DNA of 56,934 nt, filler included, from Platydemus manokwari (GCA_037951405.1; 5 parts of 5 records of this genome joined end to end with filler, not necessarily neighbours in it); one strand, 5' to 3'; counted from the first letter of the whole stretch, positions 39,306-53,430 are shown. Notes: generated by a model from the letters alone, not told the origin. Numbers and translations are program-made.

Positions 39306-40569
39306 CGATATATAATCAGAAATATTGCCTTCATTTGCATCAACTCGTTTACACAACTGGATCGAATTGCAACATATTGTTGAGAAATTCAGATGATTTT
39401 TAAATGACATGAATAAACCCTACATGAGCACCTCTCAATAGTAAGAATAATGTAAAAAAATTTAGAACAGCTATCTTGCTTCCCAAAAATGAAGATGAGA
39501 AAAATAACTCATGAAAATAAGAATAAAAGAATTTTTATTCACAGTGTTCAATAACTCTATAGGCAATGATGAATATAATGCTGATATAGGACGCGTACTA
39601 GAGTATATAAAAATCAATAAAGTGGAGAAGAAACACAATAGTAATTTAGGGAAATCGAATTCAGTTAGTATCATTAAATAATTCTACTGAACTACCGTAG
39701 ACATAAGTGAAAAAATAATAGAAATCCCAAATGTGAGAATAGAAGTTAGATCAAAATTATAAGACTCGTGCACGGATCTTTTCAGTGACCTGGCACATCA
39801 AAATAGTGAAAGTTAGCCTACTTAAATGGAGGCCTCAAGTAAAATTCCAATCGAAACTTAAAAGCAATGCACCAGATTCAAACATTACCGATGAATCACA
39901 TTTATTTATTAGTTAACATTCTAATTTTCATAACAAGTGGAACTCTACCACGCAGGACATCCACCTCTTTCTAAACTCTTCTCCAGTTTTTTTCTTTTGG
40001 TCTAAGTCTAATCTTGGGTATTGTTTTACGAAGACTTCTGGATAGGACACTTCATCGATTAACTTGTTCGTACAACACATTTATAATTGTATTACAACTA
40101 GTGTGCTAGTTGTATCAATTTAGTTTTAAATTTCTCATTTAAATTTAGTTACTTCATATTATACAATTACTATATTCATTGAACAGTTTAATAAAATAAC
40201 CTTTAGCTTTGATTTGATTTGTAACACCATATCATTATCTTCATCAATACTTAAATTCACGCCAATTATACACACGAGTTATAGTGGTTGGGTTTTATCA
40301 TATATTTGGAAATATACAAAGTATTCAGATAGGACCTCCATGACGAGGGATTAATATTGCCTCTCGTCGATTTAAGTGTTTTACCCTTAATGAGTTGATA
40401 CTTTATGTGACTGGAACGGATGGCTTCCAAAATAGGTAGGCACAGCTACAATCAAATTGGAATTAAGAGACATTTTACTGTTAGTGGTAAGTTATGGAGG
40501 TTTTTGCATTGGATTGACATGTCCGCTGTCAGATACCAGTTGTTTAAATAGTGTTCTTGGCTTGTTAAT

Positions 40570-41000
40570 TTTAAAATGTTTGGAACTATTGGTTGTCTCC
40601 GCTTGTCGAAATTAATTATTTTCAATATTTTCAACCAATTGTATTAATAATCGTTTGTCATGCACCAGCTGCTTCAAATTTGATTTGGTTATTTTTAAAT
40701 ATTGTTTTATTACTCTGGTTTTGAAGGCAAGAGTCTTTTGCGAGAAGTATGTTTTTAGAGTGTATTTGGAAGGCAACTTGTTGTTACATCAAAAATATCA
40801 AAAATAATTTCATATTTCATATTCGCAAGCATAATAAAAACTGAATTGCTTAAATATTCAAAACCAGAGTAATGAAATCATATAGATAAATAACCGAACC
40901 AAATTTGAAGTAACTGGTACATGACAATCGATAGTTAAAACAATTAGTTGAAAAGACTGAAAGATCGAAATTAATTTTAGCTGAGCGAGATATGATCATA
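40570..41000. repeat. Diverged inverted repeat (fold-back/MITE-like)
   Basis: Reverse complement of ~40605-40725 matches ~40857-40980 (ttcaaaaccagagtaat..aaataacc..aaatttgaag..ctggt.catgacaa.cgat..ttaa.acaatt.gttgaaaa). Confidence 0.8.
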
Positions 41001-42036
41001 AGATTATTTTTTTAAAGATTTTTGAGTAGATTTCGTCGAGGAAAATGTTGACAGGGTATAAAGTTCACTGTAGAGTAAGTCCATTTTATCACCGAAAGGT
41101 TTTTTCATTTTGTACCTAAAACATTTTACCTCATCAAATAAAATCGGTTTCATATTGTAAATTAGATAATTGTGCATACTCGATAAAATATAGTTGCAAC
41201 AATAACATTAATCATATTTCTTAGAATCTTTGCACCATTTTAATTGAATAAAACAACTTTAATTTAATTTTTTTTACCAATCTTGTTTGTTTCCTTTATC
41301 AGTATTTTGTATTAAATACTTGTTAAAATATCGTTTAAAATTTAGAGATATTCTTTTTGTGATGGAAAATTAAAATAATTCTGATTCTATTAGATAGAAA
41401 TAGATATCGAGAAAAATCTCACGAGTTTCCTTGAGTTAGAATTCTTTAATTTTGATTCAAATTATCAAAGAAAGCGTATTTCAAAATAAACCCATAAAAA
41501 TAAAAAAATTATAATATTTATTTAACATAAATATGGATCTTCATGAGTCGGTGGGAAAATACCTCACCTCGATTTTAAATATTTTATGTTGATTGGTTTT
41601 GTAAAGGTTTTTTCGGTATGGAGTCAGCGACAAAGTTGGCAAAAATAAACCTATCATTCCGCTAAATGCATTAGTCAAACTAGTTTTCCAAAATTTTCGA
41701 AATTAAATATTTGCGTACCATTGAAGTACCCATGTTAAATAAATTGTTATTCAATATAATCGCTCAAAGCAAGCAATAAAATAAATATCCAAAGTAATTT
41801 CAATAAATAAACAATAACTTATCTTTAAATAAAATATTTTCCTAATTACCTAACTTAAATAATTATAATCACGTATCATAAAAAGTAAAGAAATGGAAAA
41901 GTTTAAAACTCATGAAATATATTCAATTAAATGATTAAGAAAACATTACATTTTAGTTTTTAAAAATATATTAGGTCTATACAAATTTACTAAAAAGACA
42001 ACAAATAAGAGACCATCATTTAAAAACATTTAATCG

Positions 42037-42999
42037 CTAAAATTGAGAATAATGCTGTTTAGGATAAGGTTCCATTTGACCAAATCTTTGAGGAGCTTGA
42101 GGCATTTTAGGCATGAGCGGACCCTGATCTATATTTACGAGTTAAAAATGTCAAATTAAATATCTGCTTACCATAACTTGAACCAAATGGTGGCGGCATT
42201 CCATTAAATTGCATATTACTGTCATCGAAGGGGCCTTTAAAACCACCTCTTCCATTTGGTCTACCACCCCTAGAATTTCGCCTACCCCTTTCCTTTTGAC
42301 CAGGGGCTGTAAATTCATGATTAAAATTAGGTATTCCACGGCCACGACCCGCAACAGATTGTTGATAACTAATTTCACTCCAACTTAATGGTCCAGGTGG
42401 CTGCTGAATCTCACTTGGATCCTAAGGTAACACTTTATAATATGGTAAATAGTAATATTAACATACAGGAGTTAACACTTTTTTGACCTCAACTAATGCT
42501 TTTGAAATTTTCTCAAATGCTTCGGCCGGTGCTGCAAGACAATCAACCTGCAAGTGCATTCTTTCATTTAAATGCTGATATCTCGGTTCACCAGTTTGTA
42601 TTAATTCCATTTCTTTACCTTGGTTTCTCATTGAACCAGCACCTAATACTGACATTCTTGTTTCGGTTTGTTCTTGAAGTTCTTTTAATGTTTTACCACC
42701 AGGGCCAATAATTTTTCCTGGAAAATTAACACCGGGATATTGTTCTACTGGAAAGTCAATTTTAGCTCGAATTTTAACTTTTTTATTTGATAACATATCA
42801 ATGGTATCAATAACACCTTCTCGAAGTCTTCGAATTTCTACAGTAGTTACAAATATATAAATATTAAGATAATTAACTTACCCATTCTAATTTGGCTATG
42901 TACATTTGGACAAGTTGTGGCGTCGATACTCAATAATTCTTGCTCGTATGCCTCAATTAATGCTTGGTACGGATTTTGTCTTATCTTTTTAGTCTCCAT
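42037..42999 (-). CDS. KHDRBS: STAR-family KH-domain RNA-binding protein, Sam68/KHDRBS-like (~276 aa)
   Basis: Exons 42999-42882, 42837-42467, 42421-42172, 42128-42037 (introns 44, 45, 43 nt, all GT-AG and frame-consistent). Qua1-like helix; maxi-KH 'YPGVNFPGKIIGPGGKTLKELQEQTETRMSVLGAGSMR'; RG/RGG-rich tail; Pro/Tyr C-terminus (EPYPKQHY). Confidence 0.88.
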
Positions 43000-45095
43000 C
43001 TTAGCAAATATAAAAATTGAATATTTAAAACAAAACTGTACAAAAGAGTAAACTATAATTGAAGATTAAAATAATTAAACAAGAAATATCAAATATTAAA
43101 TTAACTTAAGTAAATAATTATTTAAATTATAATAAAGACACTTAATGAAGAATAAATTATTAGTAAGAAAGAGGCTGAGAAACAACTTTTTGACAAATAT
43201 TTTTTTTCAGAATAATCAAAGAATGTCAAAATTCAAGACGAGTTACCTTGTAAGAAATTAAAATTTGTTTACTGTTCAGATTTTTTAAAATTCTTCTGAG
43301 TCTTGTTTAAGATTTTACACAATCATTCTTTATTTTGAGTAAATCTAGTTCATTTATCCGAAGTACTTTGATTTGAATAAAGATGTTGCTATAAAAAAAT
43401 ACCGTGTGTAAATATGATATATGCAATAGCCGTTTTTAATATCTTTTATACAGTTTGTAATTTTGGTGTTCATTATAACTAACTAATTAAGCCACTAGCT
43501 AATAATATAGAGGAAATTAAGTTTTATTTTAATATTAAATTGCAATGAGAGCAATAATTGCAAATTAATTAAAAATTTCATGTTAAATAAAGCTAATTAA
43601 AAAAAATTCAAGTAAAAATGTAGTTTTCCTCTTTTTCGTTTGTAAGTACTAAGTTTTTATTAATAAAATTTATTGACATAATTAGCGTCTTTAATTATTA
43701 TATACAAGCCTTTTTGAATTAGATTGGATATAGTTGCTTAAAGAATAAAATTTTACATTAGAAAGTTTCAGAAATAGAATTTACTTTTTGAATCCCGTAA
43801 CTTTTGCATAATCATGATTTAAAAACAAAGCAAGTTATTTAATTCTAAAATTATACAAAGTATTTACAATATATATTTGCATAAATGATACATATCTAGA
43901 CAAATCTTGATATTTTAAGCATTATTATATTGTATGGTGGATCAAATTCGTTAATAATTAAGGAGCTTTTAATAGAACCCTCTGATAAATTAAATATTAA
44001 TTCGAATAATAAAATCACTTTAACTGAGACTTCTACTTTACTTTTTTGAGCTGGTTTTTAATGTTACTGGATTTCGTAATTTTTAGTCAGATACCTGCTA
44101 TTGCTAAGTTGCTGACGATGTTAAACTTGTAAGAATGAATTAAGTAACGATTTTCTAAAGTAGAATAAAACTGGGTTTGGTTTTGGGTAGGTTCTCAAGT
44201 GACATTGTAAGTTTGAAATGTAGATTACATAACTGCTTTCATCAATAAAAGCTAATGAACTCACAAATGAATGCTTGCTTCATGACCTAAAATCGGTTTA
44301 ATTCTGGATATAAAATAAACGAGATATAGATGGAGTTCCCTCTTACTTTCTCCGATAAATTTAGTTTTGGGTATTCGGGCAGATATTCAAAATGAATATT
44401 TCTTTTAGATGTTTCAGCTTTTAAAAATATTGTTGTTAAAAATGAATACCATTCAAGTTTGTTGACTTCACAAAAGTTCACTAGATTTCTTATTTTTCAA
44501 ATAAAAAAATTTCGCATAAAATGTTTTTTGAGAATTCTATATAGTAAATCTTTGCTTTGAAAAAATATATTAATTAATTTCTTGATTCTTTATTTTTGAT
44601 TGTGTTTATCTGTCGTTTCAATGATGTTATTAGACGAGAATAGATAATAATGGTTAAATGGGGACTACATATTATATGTAAACAAATTTCTAGCTAGTTA
44701 ATAAAAGATATTTTTGATAATTGTAACAAATTCACATTTTAATGATTTACTTCATTGACAAAAATTAGCTTATTTAATAAAATTATATAAATGATGTTAT
44801 TGAAATACTTACATTAAATACGTAGTTTATTTTCCAATTTATATTACTCATTACTCCAATTATATTATAGCTTAAATTTTTTTACAATACATTGAATTAA
44901 GACAATATATAAACACTTATTTAGAAATTTCGTTACTGGAAATAAAAATAATTGGATTTCTTTGCCACTATGTTTAATTTTGACATAATCAATGGATTTA
45001 GAGTTCTAAATTTGTTTATATAATTCAAACTTTTAAAATTACCTTAGTGTAAGATATTATTTAATTAAAATTTTAATTTAATTTATTACTTCAGA

Positions 45096-46209
45096 ATGAT
45101 TAATGTTAATCAGTTTACAAAAGTTTCAACCGATGTTCACAAAATTTCTAAAGTTATTGTGCACCCTTTAGTCTTGTTAAGCGTTGTTGATCATTACAAT
45201 AGATTAAGCAAGGGTACTGGTAGTAAAAGAGTTGTGGGTGTTTTACTCGGTTACATGAGAAAGGATGTGTTAGAAATCACTAACAGTTATGCAGGTATTT
45301 TTCTTTTTCCTTAAACTATTTTAATTTTAGTTCAGTACCATTCGAGGAAGATATGGGGGATAAAAATGTTTGGTTCTTGGATCATGATTATTTAGAAAGC
45401 ATGTTTTCGATGTTTAAAAAAGTCAATGGTACTTAATATTTATTTTCGATATTATAATTTTTAAGTAATTTAAGCAAAGGAAAAGATTGTTGGATGGTAT
45501 CACTCTGGACCAAAATTAAAACAGAACGATATAAAAATTAATGAATTATTTCGTAGATATAATCCAAATTCTGTGATGGTAATAGTTGATGTGGAACCAA
45601 AGGAAAGTGATGGGTTACCCACTGAAGCCTATTTAGCAATTGATGAAGTTCATGAAGTAATAATTATCACATTCATTTTAAAATATAATATTAAAAGGAT
45701 GGAACTTTAACTACCAAAACATTTAAACACCTTCCTTCTAAAATTGGCGCTGAAGAGGCAGAAGAAGTAGGTGTTGAACATTTATTAAGGTTTCCTTTGT
45801 TAACGGTAAAGTAATATAATAATTGTCATGCAGAGATATAAAGGATTCGTCTATTGGTAGCTTGTCTCAAAAAATAAAAAATCAACTTCTTGGATTAGAA
45901 GGCTTGAAGGCCCATTTAAATGAAATTTATGATTATTTAACTTTAGTTATGGGAAATAAAATTCCCATTAATTATTCTATATTATATCATCTTCAAGACA
46001 TTTTCAATTTGCTTCCTGATATATTTTTAAATGACATGGTGAAAGCACAATACATCAAGGCTAATGATCAAATGCTTGTACTCTATATAGCATCAATGAT
46101 TCGATCAATACTTGCTTTGCATGATTTGATTAATAACAAACTAACTAATCGAGAAAAGGAAAATACCGAGGAAATGGATAAGAAAATTGATCATGTTGTT
46201 GTTAAATAA
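45096..46209 (+). CDS. PSMD7: 26S proteasome lid subunit Rpn8 (MPN domain)
   Basis: Exons 45096-45294, 45336-45428, 45475-45656, 45698-45789, 45834-46209. Motifs [96 protein letters not shown]. Confidence 0.96.
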
Positions 46210-47453
46210 ATTTTTGATTTTGTAAGTGATAACATTTTATGATTTATTTAAAGAAAATTTTCCAAACTGGGTTTAGTTTGGAAGTAGTCTGTATATGAAG
46301 ATACTTTTCTTAACAGTACAAATGACTAAAATATCCTATGATAAATACTGGAAATGTTTTAGCTGGCATTAATATTGAATATGAATCAATCAATCAGATA
46401 ACTCTTTAAAATTATTGAAATTATTTACAAAGAACTAAATATTAAAAATTCATTACAGCTAAGATTGACTGTAAGATGATTACAATATCTTTCTGATCGG
46501 CATTGGGGAAACAATTTTTGAAATAAAACAAAACAATTTGAAAATATCTTATTCAAAGTTCTAATCTAAAATATAACAGTTTTAATGAAACAATAAAAGC
46601 AGTACCCAGTTAGAATTCAAAGAATAAGCAGTTGTAAAAGATTTACACCTATTAAACTAGGAAAAGTATGTAGTTTCCTTTATTAGTTCTTTACCTTGGA
46701 ATGTATCAGTGCCTAACTACTGGCATTTTTATGTAAAAATAAATGTATAAAAGGAGCGCATTTCATTGCTCATCTATATCTTTCACTGGTATAGATTATT
46801 ATTTATATATTTGTTGATAGTGGCTTTCATTTATTATAATGTTTAAAGACGACTAATATATCATAAAAGTAGTAGGGATAATCATTTCTTGGCGCCACAC
46901 CCTGGAAATGTTTTGTTATTTTAGGGGGTTTTGTATCAATGTGACACCTTCCTTAAATAAAAAAAATTACTACTGGTCATATTTTTAACAAACAATTTTA
47001 ACCAAAATACTAAAAAATGAGCGAGAAAAAAATGTAAAATGACATTTGAAACTAGTTAGGGTTTCAAATCTCATGAAATATATGATATAGATGATATTCA
47101 TATTAAAATTGCTATATCTTTAAATATTTTATGAAGTACTAATAATCTATTCTGGGAACTAAGCACAAACTAGAGAAATAGAGATGGCTCAAAATTGGAA
47201 GAATATTTTTGCATAATCACTATTTTGATTATATTTTTCGAAAATTTCACCCGTTCGTTTATAGACTCTCGGCGAAATAAAAATCGAAAATTAGATTCAA
47301 CAAACTCCTTCACAGACTCATTTCATCTGGGGATGACCATCAATCTTTAAATCCAAGTATGCGGCCACTTCATTGCAGATATCAGGTCACAAAGTATACC
47401 GAATTTCATTTGGTAAAACAATATTTTTTTGGATAAGGATAATATTATATATA

Positions 47454-47522
47454 TTAGGCTGAGTCAAAAGTTATTCATGTTTTTTAGTTGTTTAAAGTTT
47501 TTGTTTTACCAAATCATTTAAA
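47454..47522 (+). mobile_element. Mariner-type terminal inverted repeat at contig end
   Basis: TA followed by TTAGGCTGAGTCAAAAGTTATTCATGTTTTT, resembling Hsmar1-type TIR TTAGGTTGGTGCAAAAGTAATTGCGGTT; no partner TIR visible. Confidence 0.55.
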
Positions 47523-47622
47523 NNNNNNNNNNNNNNNNNNNNNNNNNNNNNNNNNNNNNNNNNNNNTTAATTAATTAANNNNNNNNNNNNNNNNNNNNNN
47601 NNNNNNNNNNNNNNNNNNNNNN
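47523..47622. other. Artificial contig linker
   Basis: N44-TTAATTAATTAA-N44. Confidence 0.97.
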
Positions 47623-50600
47623 AAGAAAACTAAGAGCAAAAATACCGATTTATACAATTAATTAAAATTTCTTGTAGGTTTTTAAGTACATTTAAATTAC
47701 ATTTGACAAGCTTAAAAATCTTTATACAGGGTGTTTAAAAATTCTCTAGTTTTGAGATGGTTATAAATTTCAATTATATTTTTTCATTGTAAATCATTTC
47801 ATTTATCCAAACTCAGATAAAAACATTAAAAACTAACTGAAAAGTCAAGACACCAAAAATCTATTTAAATACAAATATTTAAACAAATAAATTTAATTTT
47901 AAATAAATATTGTTATATATTAGAATTAAATTTGAATTAAAAAAATATTTCTTTTAAAATATCTCACATACGATATTATTATCACGGTTTATTCTATTTT
48001 CATCAAATACCAACAATGACGTTTATTAATAACGAGATAAATTATACCAAGTTATTGTTCATATTCATTACAATGCAATTTAATCGATATTCAATTATAA
48101 ATTTCAAAAATAGAAATTAATCAATTAATTGAATAATCAATAATTAAAGAAATTGACATTTCAGAAATGGAAATAAATGCTGTGAAACAAATGGATTAAA
48201 AATTTTCAAAACAATTCACCAATGGAATTATTGATAAACGCCAACTACTAATTTGAAAACAGTGAGTAATTAAAACAATGTCAAAAGTACAGCATTTCAA
48301 ACCAAATTCAATTGTGATGAAAATAGAAGTTATCAAGAAAGACAAAATTCCAATTTCATAATTTTGAAATAATTATTTGAATTGAAATTTTCAAGTTTGT
48401 TAAAATTTAAAATGAAAGTAAAAATAATTGATGAAACTTTTTTCTGTGTAGATAAAATCAAAAGATATGCTTTCATTCGAACAAATGTTGTGAATTGTTT
48501 TTGATGGAATTGATAAACACTGAAAAAAATTATCATTTATTAATAGTAATTCGGGTTTAATTGTGTTATTATACTGAATGAATTTCCAATACCTTAACAA
48601 TATATTCACAATAGAATATTTTACAAATGAAAATCAATCCAAACTTTAATAAAAACGGAAACAAACGGAAATTTATCTATAGAGATCAATCAAAATTTCA
48701 ATTCGAAATATAAAGTTACTTTCAATGAAATTTTACCAGTAATTAGTCGATTTATTATTTCCAAATCCCTATCAGTATTATTTATTAAAAAGTATATATA
48801 ATTATTGAATTTTAAGTAATATAGTTAAAAACAATTATAATACAATACTGTATTTTAAGTAAATATTTTTGTTTTACTAATTTGTCGATATGCAGATATT
48901 TTGGCTTAAATTTAGAAAGGAGCTCATGGCTTTATTTAATTATAATTTTCGCATATATTTTTTTATAATTTAATCGGAAATGTGTAAGTAAAAGTCAAAA
49001 TATCTGACAGGTCGAATAAGAACAAAACAGAATTTATAAACTAAGTTCCAATTCTGTTCACAATATTTTCTTAATTTTTTAATACATATTATTCTTTGCA
49101 TTTATTAAAAAATTTATGTCATTTCCGGAATCTCGTGTTTCCAATATCTATATATACATATATAGTAAACCTACTTTGCAGGCTCCTGAGACGTTTAACA
49201 ATGTAATATTCAGCTTTCTTATAAAATAAATGCAAAATTTGAAACTATTTATTTGAGATAGTTTAATCAGAAAAAATTCTGATTTCAACACAAAACTTTC
49301 ACAGTTAAGCTCAAAAACAATGCATTTCACACATAACTGAGATTCTAGCTTTTCTTTATTTTTCCATTACTCGTATTGCATGACATTTAGGTCGAAATTC
49401 GATTAAGCAATTGTTTACAAAAGTTCCCCCAGGTTTCCTTTTTGAGTTTATGGTGCAATTTCATAAATTTATAACTTTGCAATCAAATAGATTAGTCTGA
49501 TTCGGATTTTTATATGTACTTTTTACAATATATTATTGAAAATATTTTAAAAAGTAAAAATAAAATTTTCAATTTCCCATTTAAAATGTAAATGAATTGT
49601 TTAAATATTTCAAATTTATCTAATGCAGTACTAACCATTTTTAAAAATAATAAATCTTAAATTGGTTTTTTATGAATTTTAATTCATGAATAATCAAAAC
49701 ATTATTTTTATTTAATAAAATATTTTGAAAATTTTGGTATTTTCTTATTCAAAAGTCCGATTCATTTTATAATATAATTTATAAGTAATCGTTTGTTAAG
49801 ACAGATAAATACGTTGAAATCCGTATTGTCGTAATCTATTTCCACTTGATGAAACCTTTTGGATAGATTATCATTATTCATGTGTTACATGAGAAATTTT
49901 ACCATACTTACAGTTATACATAGTTACATTTTTATGAGTTTCACAGAAGTTATTGCAAAAATTTTTAATTTATTTTAAATAAACTGTGTAATATAGACAT
50001 TATTCTTTTTTATTAGGAAATTGGCGGCACACCCATTAGCTTCTCAATACATGGTTTATGAACTATTAATCCCCATGAAGAACTTGTTTGTTATGTCAAA
50101 TACAGAATCAATATTTTAATTATATTATATTTTTATTTTTACTGTAAAATTATTATACAATTTGAACCCATATTGAATATGTCAGTTGTTGTTATTGCAC
50201 TCATTTCTTGTTGGGAATTAATTTTTTAATTATTGATATTATTTTACAAGTTTTCTGAGAATTAGATGTTACCAATAACAATTAAAACTTAAATATTAAC
50301 TACACTCGCAAGGAAAAGTTTTATTACTCTTATCGCATTAGTAGATTTCCACTGGTTTTCTCTTCTTTTGTTGATTTTTGTTGTATTTACTTTATCATTT
50401 CATATTAGAAGGACATAAGAGAATTTAGCTATTTATGGAATGTTTTTGTTTATTATTATATATAATTTTTTGGGATAAATGTGAAATATTAAAACAAATT
50501 CAGTTTATGAATTTATATATGAGACGCATCGTGTGTAATTGAAATATAATTACATAATTGTAATTGAAAATTAATATCCATTTTACAATATGTAAGACTC

Positions 50601-50853
50601 CTTTCGCTACCAAATATCGTCACCAGGGAAAGAAAAATATAATCAGTCATGTGGGAGTAAACATGCCTACAATATAATAATTAATATTGAATGTTTCCAG
50701 GCCTCACCGAGATTGTTGTGAAAACAGAAAAAAGACTTACAAATTTACCATATATAATCATAAATAATTATATTTAATTACCTATATTCATAATATTTTT
50801 AATATATTATGTATTAAATAAAAAATTATATAAATATTTTTAAAAATAATTTA

Positions 50854-51204
<351 letters not shown>

Positions 51205-51984
51205 TCAAATAATCAATTGCTCCTTTTGTTTGGCATATTTGGGTTTTTAATATATAAGAAGTATTTCTTATCAAATTCCGCTTATCAATCATAAAAGTTA
51301 GATTTTATATGCTTTCATTTTAATTGATTTGAAACATAATGAATGATTTGATAATCCAAATGTAAAAATTTTTATAATACACAATTTCATAAGAAATACA
51401 AATAAACTAGTCTTGGCATATAATCTCAAAATAGAGCTTTCTTTTAAAGGACTAACTAAGATAAGCAACCAATGATTTTCCTTCTGCTGTGTGCTGTAAC
51501 TGTTCTAAAAATTGATAGCAGATCAGAGAAGGAAATTAATTTCTCCCTATTACAGAAATACATACATGCATATTTATTATGACCTGTTTTCAAAATTGAA
51601 GGATTTTCTGAATAAAAAATTTTTATAATGTACATGTTTTTATTTAAGTTGACTTTGACTTATAAATGACTTATATAATGATTAAATTCAATTATAAGAA
51701 TTTGGTCATGTTGAAGAAATTCCTACTTTGTTTAAGTATTTTTCGATATTTATATAAAATAATCATAAATTATTATTTTTCAAAGATAATTCTTAATTAA
51801 TGATATATTTATTAAAATAAATAACAATGAAAATAAAAATTTATTTTTATATTAAAATATTAACTTGACCCTTGTTTTAATTTATAAATTTTCAAAGTTA
51901 TCTATTTTTAAATAATATATTTAGTGTTTTTCGAATTGTTCTTCAGTTATCGGATTTTATTGGAATTATAAATATTAGTTTCTG

Positions 51985-52818
51985 ATGAATAATGATTTTT
52001 TGTTGTCTAATTCTTTTACATTTGTTACAGTTTCGAAAATCTCTATTGCAATTTTAATTTTGAAAAATAAACCGAAAAATATTGATGTTTTAGAGTATGT
52101 TAAAAAATTACAAGAGCATTATATCTTGAAAGAAAAATTATCCACAGAACCAAACATTACAAGACTGAATTTAAATGATTCTTCTCAAGATTTTGGAATT
52201 ATAAGCCAATCAGTCGCACATTATAAATCTAACAAGTCTTGGCAAATTCGTTTTTTAATGAGTTTGAAAACTTGCATATCTGAGTCTTTTTATGAAAGTG
52301 AAATATGTTGTGATTTTAATAAATTATTTCAATTATTTTTGGAGAACGGTTTGAAATATTGTTGGTTAAATAATCAGCTTTTGAAAAACCAAGTATTTAT
52401 TGAATTCACAAACTTGATCAAATCCCTGAAACCATTACAAATACCATGCTTTAATGCCAAACTAAGTGAATTTTTCAAGAATATTTCACTATATTTTTCT
52501 TCTTTTGATATGGAATTCAGACATTTGATATTAAAATTATTCACATGCATTGATGTCGTTAAAATTTACGATAATAATTTAATAATTCATACCTTTAATT
52601 TGTTATTTGAAATAAAACAATATTCCTGGTGGGATTGTGAATGGTTTGGGTATTTATACAAGATTCTAGAATCATTTTTCTTGAATAACAAGTGTAATCT
52701 TATCAATCGGGAAAAATTCGTTGAAAATCTGGATTTCCATGCAAGTAAATGTTCTAACAGTTTGTTTTTGTACCAATTTTTTCAGTTGAGAAATTGTATT
52801 CTGTTTAATAAAAAATAA
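51985..52818 (+). CDS. MEI4: Intronless 277-aa protein, probable divergent MEI4 (meiotic double-strand-break factor)
   Basis: N-terminal 'VSKISIAILILKNKPKNIDVLEYVKKL' resembles mammalian MEI4 'TSKLALALAIIRSKPADKSSREYTEHL'. C-terminal 'FGYLYKILESFF' and 'FVENLDFHASKCSNSLFLYQFFQL' resemble 'IFYLFWVLEQLL' and 'FLQKHDETIFQLSDAFPLFTFYLW'. MEI4 sequences quoted from memory. Confidence 0.65.
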   Translation: MNNDFLLSNSFTFVTVSKISIAILILKNKPKNIDVLEYVKKLQEHYILKEKLSTEPNITRLNLNDSSQDFGIISQSVAHYKSNKSWQIRFLMSLKTCISESFYESEICCDFNKLFQLFLENGLKYCWLNNQLLKNQVFIEFTNLIKSLKPLQIPCFNAKLSEFFKNISLYFSSFDMEFRHLILKLFTCIDVVKIYDNNLIIHTFNLLFEIKQYSWWDCEWFGYLYKILESFFLNNKCNLINREKFVENLDFHASKCSNSLFLYQFFQLRNCILFNKK

Positions 52819-53239
52819 ATCATCGACAAGGAATAATTATTAATGAATAATTATTTATTAGTTTATTTGTAAATAGTATTTTGTGAGGGTATTGTTAAGG
52901 TTATTGATTATCGATTGTTTACTTGATTTCATATGTCACCCCCTTTTTCCCAAATCACCGAAATCTCACTCAAGATTTTTTATACCAACTGATATTCTGA
53001 TAATCAAATAATTATTATAATATTAAATGACAGTCCTGTAAATATCAATATAATAATCGTCTTTATCGTTCCAAGCAAAAATTGAAAACAAATACCTTTG
53101 AAGGATCTGGATCACCGTTTCCTACCAACCTCTCAATATTAGACTCCTGAGCTTAATCAAATCCTTTGTAATTAATTGAACCCTTTATTGAAATATTTGC
53201 AATCAATCTAACGGTGGTCAATATTTGAACTCAAACACT

Positions 53240-53430
53240 TTTAATAGCAAGCAGATGAAGTTTACCCCACCGATAACATGGAACAGTATTCCTCTTCCTA
53301 ACTGCCAATTCCTTTTAACCACCACGTTTTTCCAATAAAAATTTCTTTCTCGTTGTCCTTTATTATTTTTCTTATCAAAAATCCTCTTAGCCGACACATT
53401 TTTACAATTCCCCCAAAAGTGGCGGTTAGG
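53240..53430 (-). mobile_element. Possible decayed Gypsy integrase zinc-binding region
   Basis: 'GIVKMCRL...TWWLKGIGS*EEEYC' resembles HxGIVKMK..AR...WWPGI..DIE.YV..C. Confidence 0.3.

Noticed and set aside
40200-40700. piggyBac transposase remnant on the minus strand (NNWY, IRSS..KSTRG, NLSIDE)
   Set aside because: Motifs are out of order and weak, and part of the region is explained by the fold-back repeat.
50560-50790. Candidate exon 2 of the K2P channel (ag|GC ATG TTT ACT CCC ACA TGA)
   Set aside because: Lacks the YG needed to complete GYG and hits a stop; the true exon is probably beyond the contig end.
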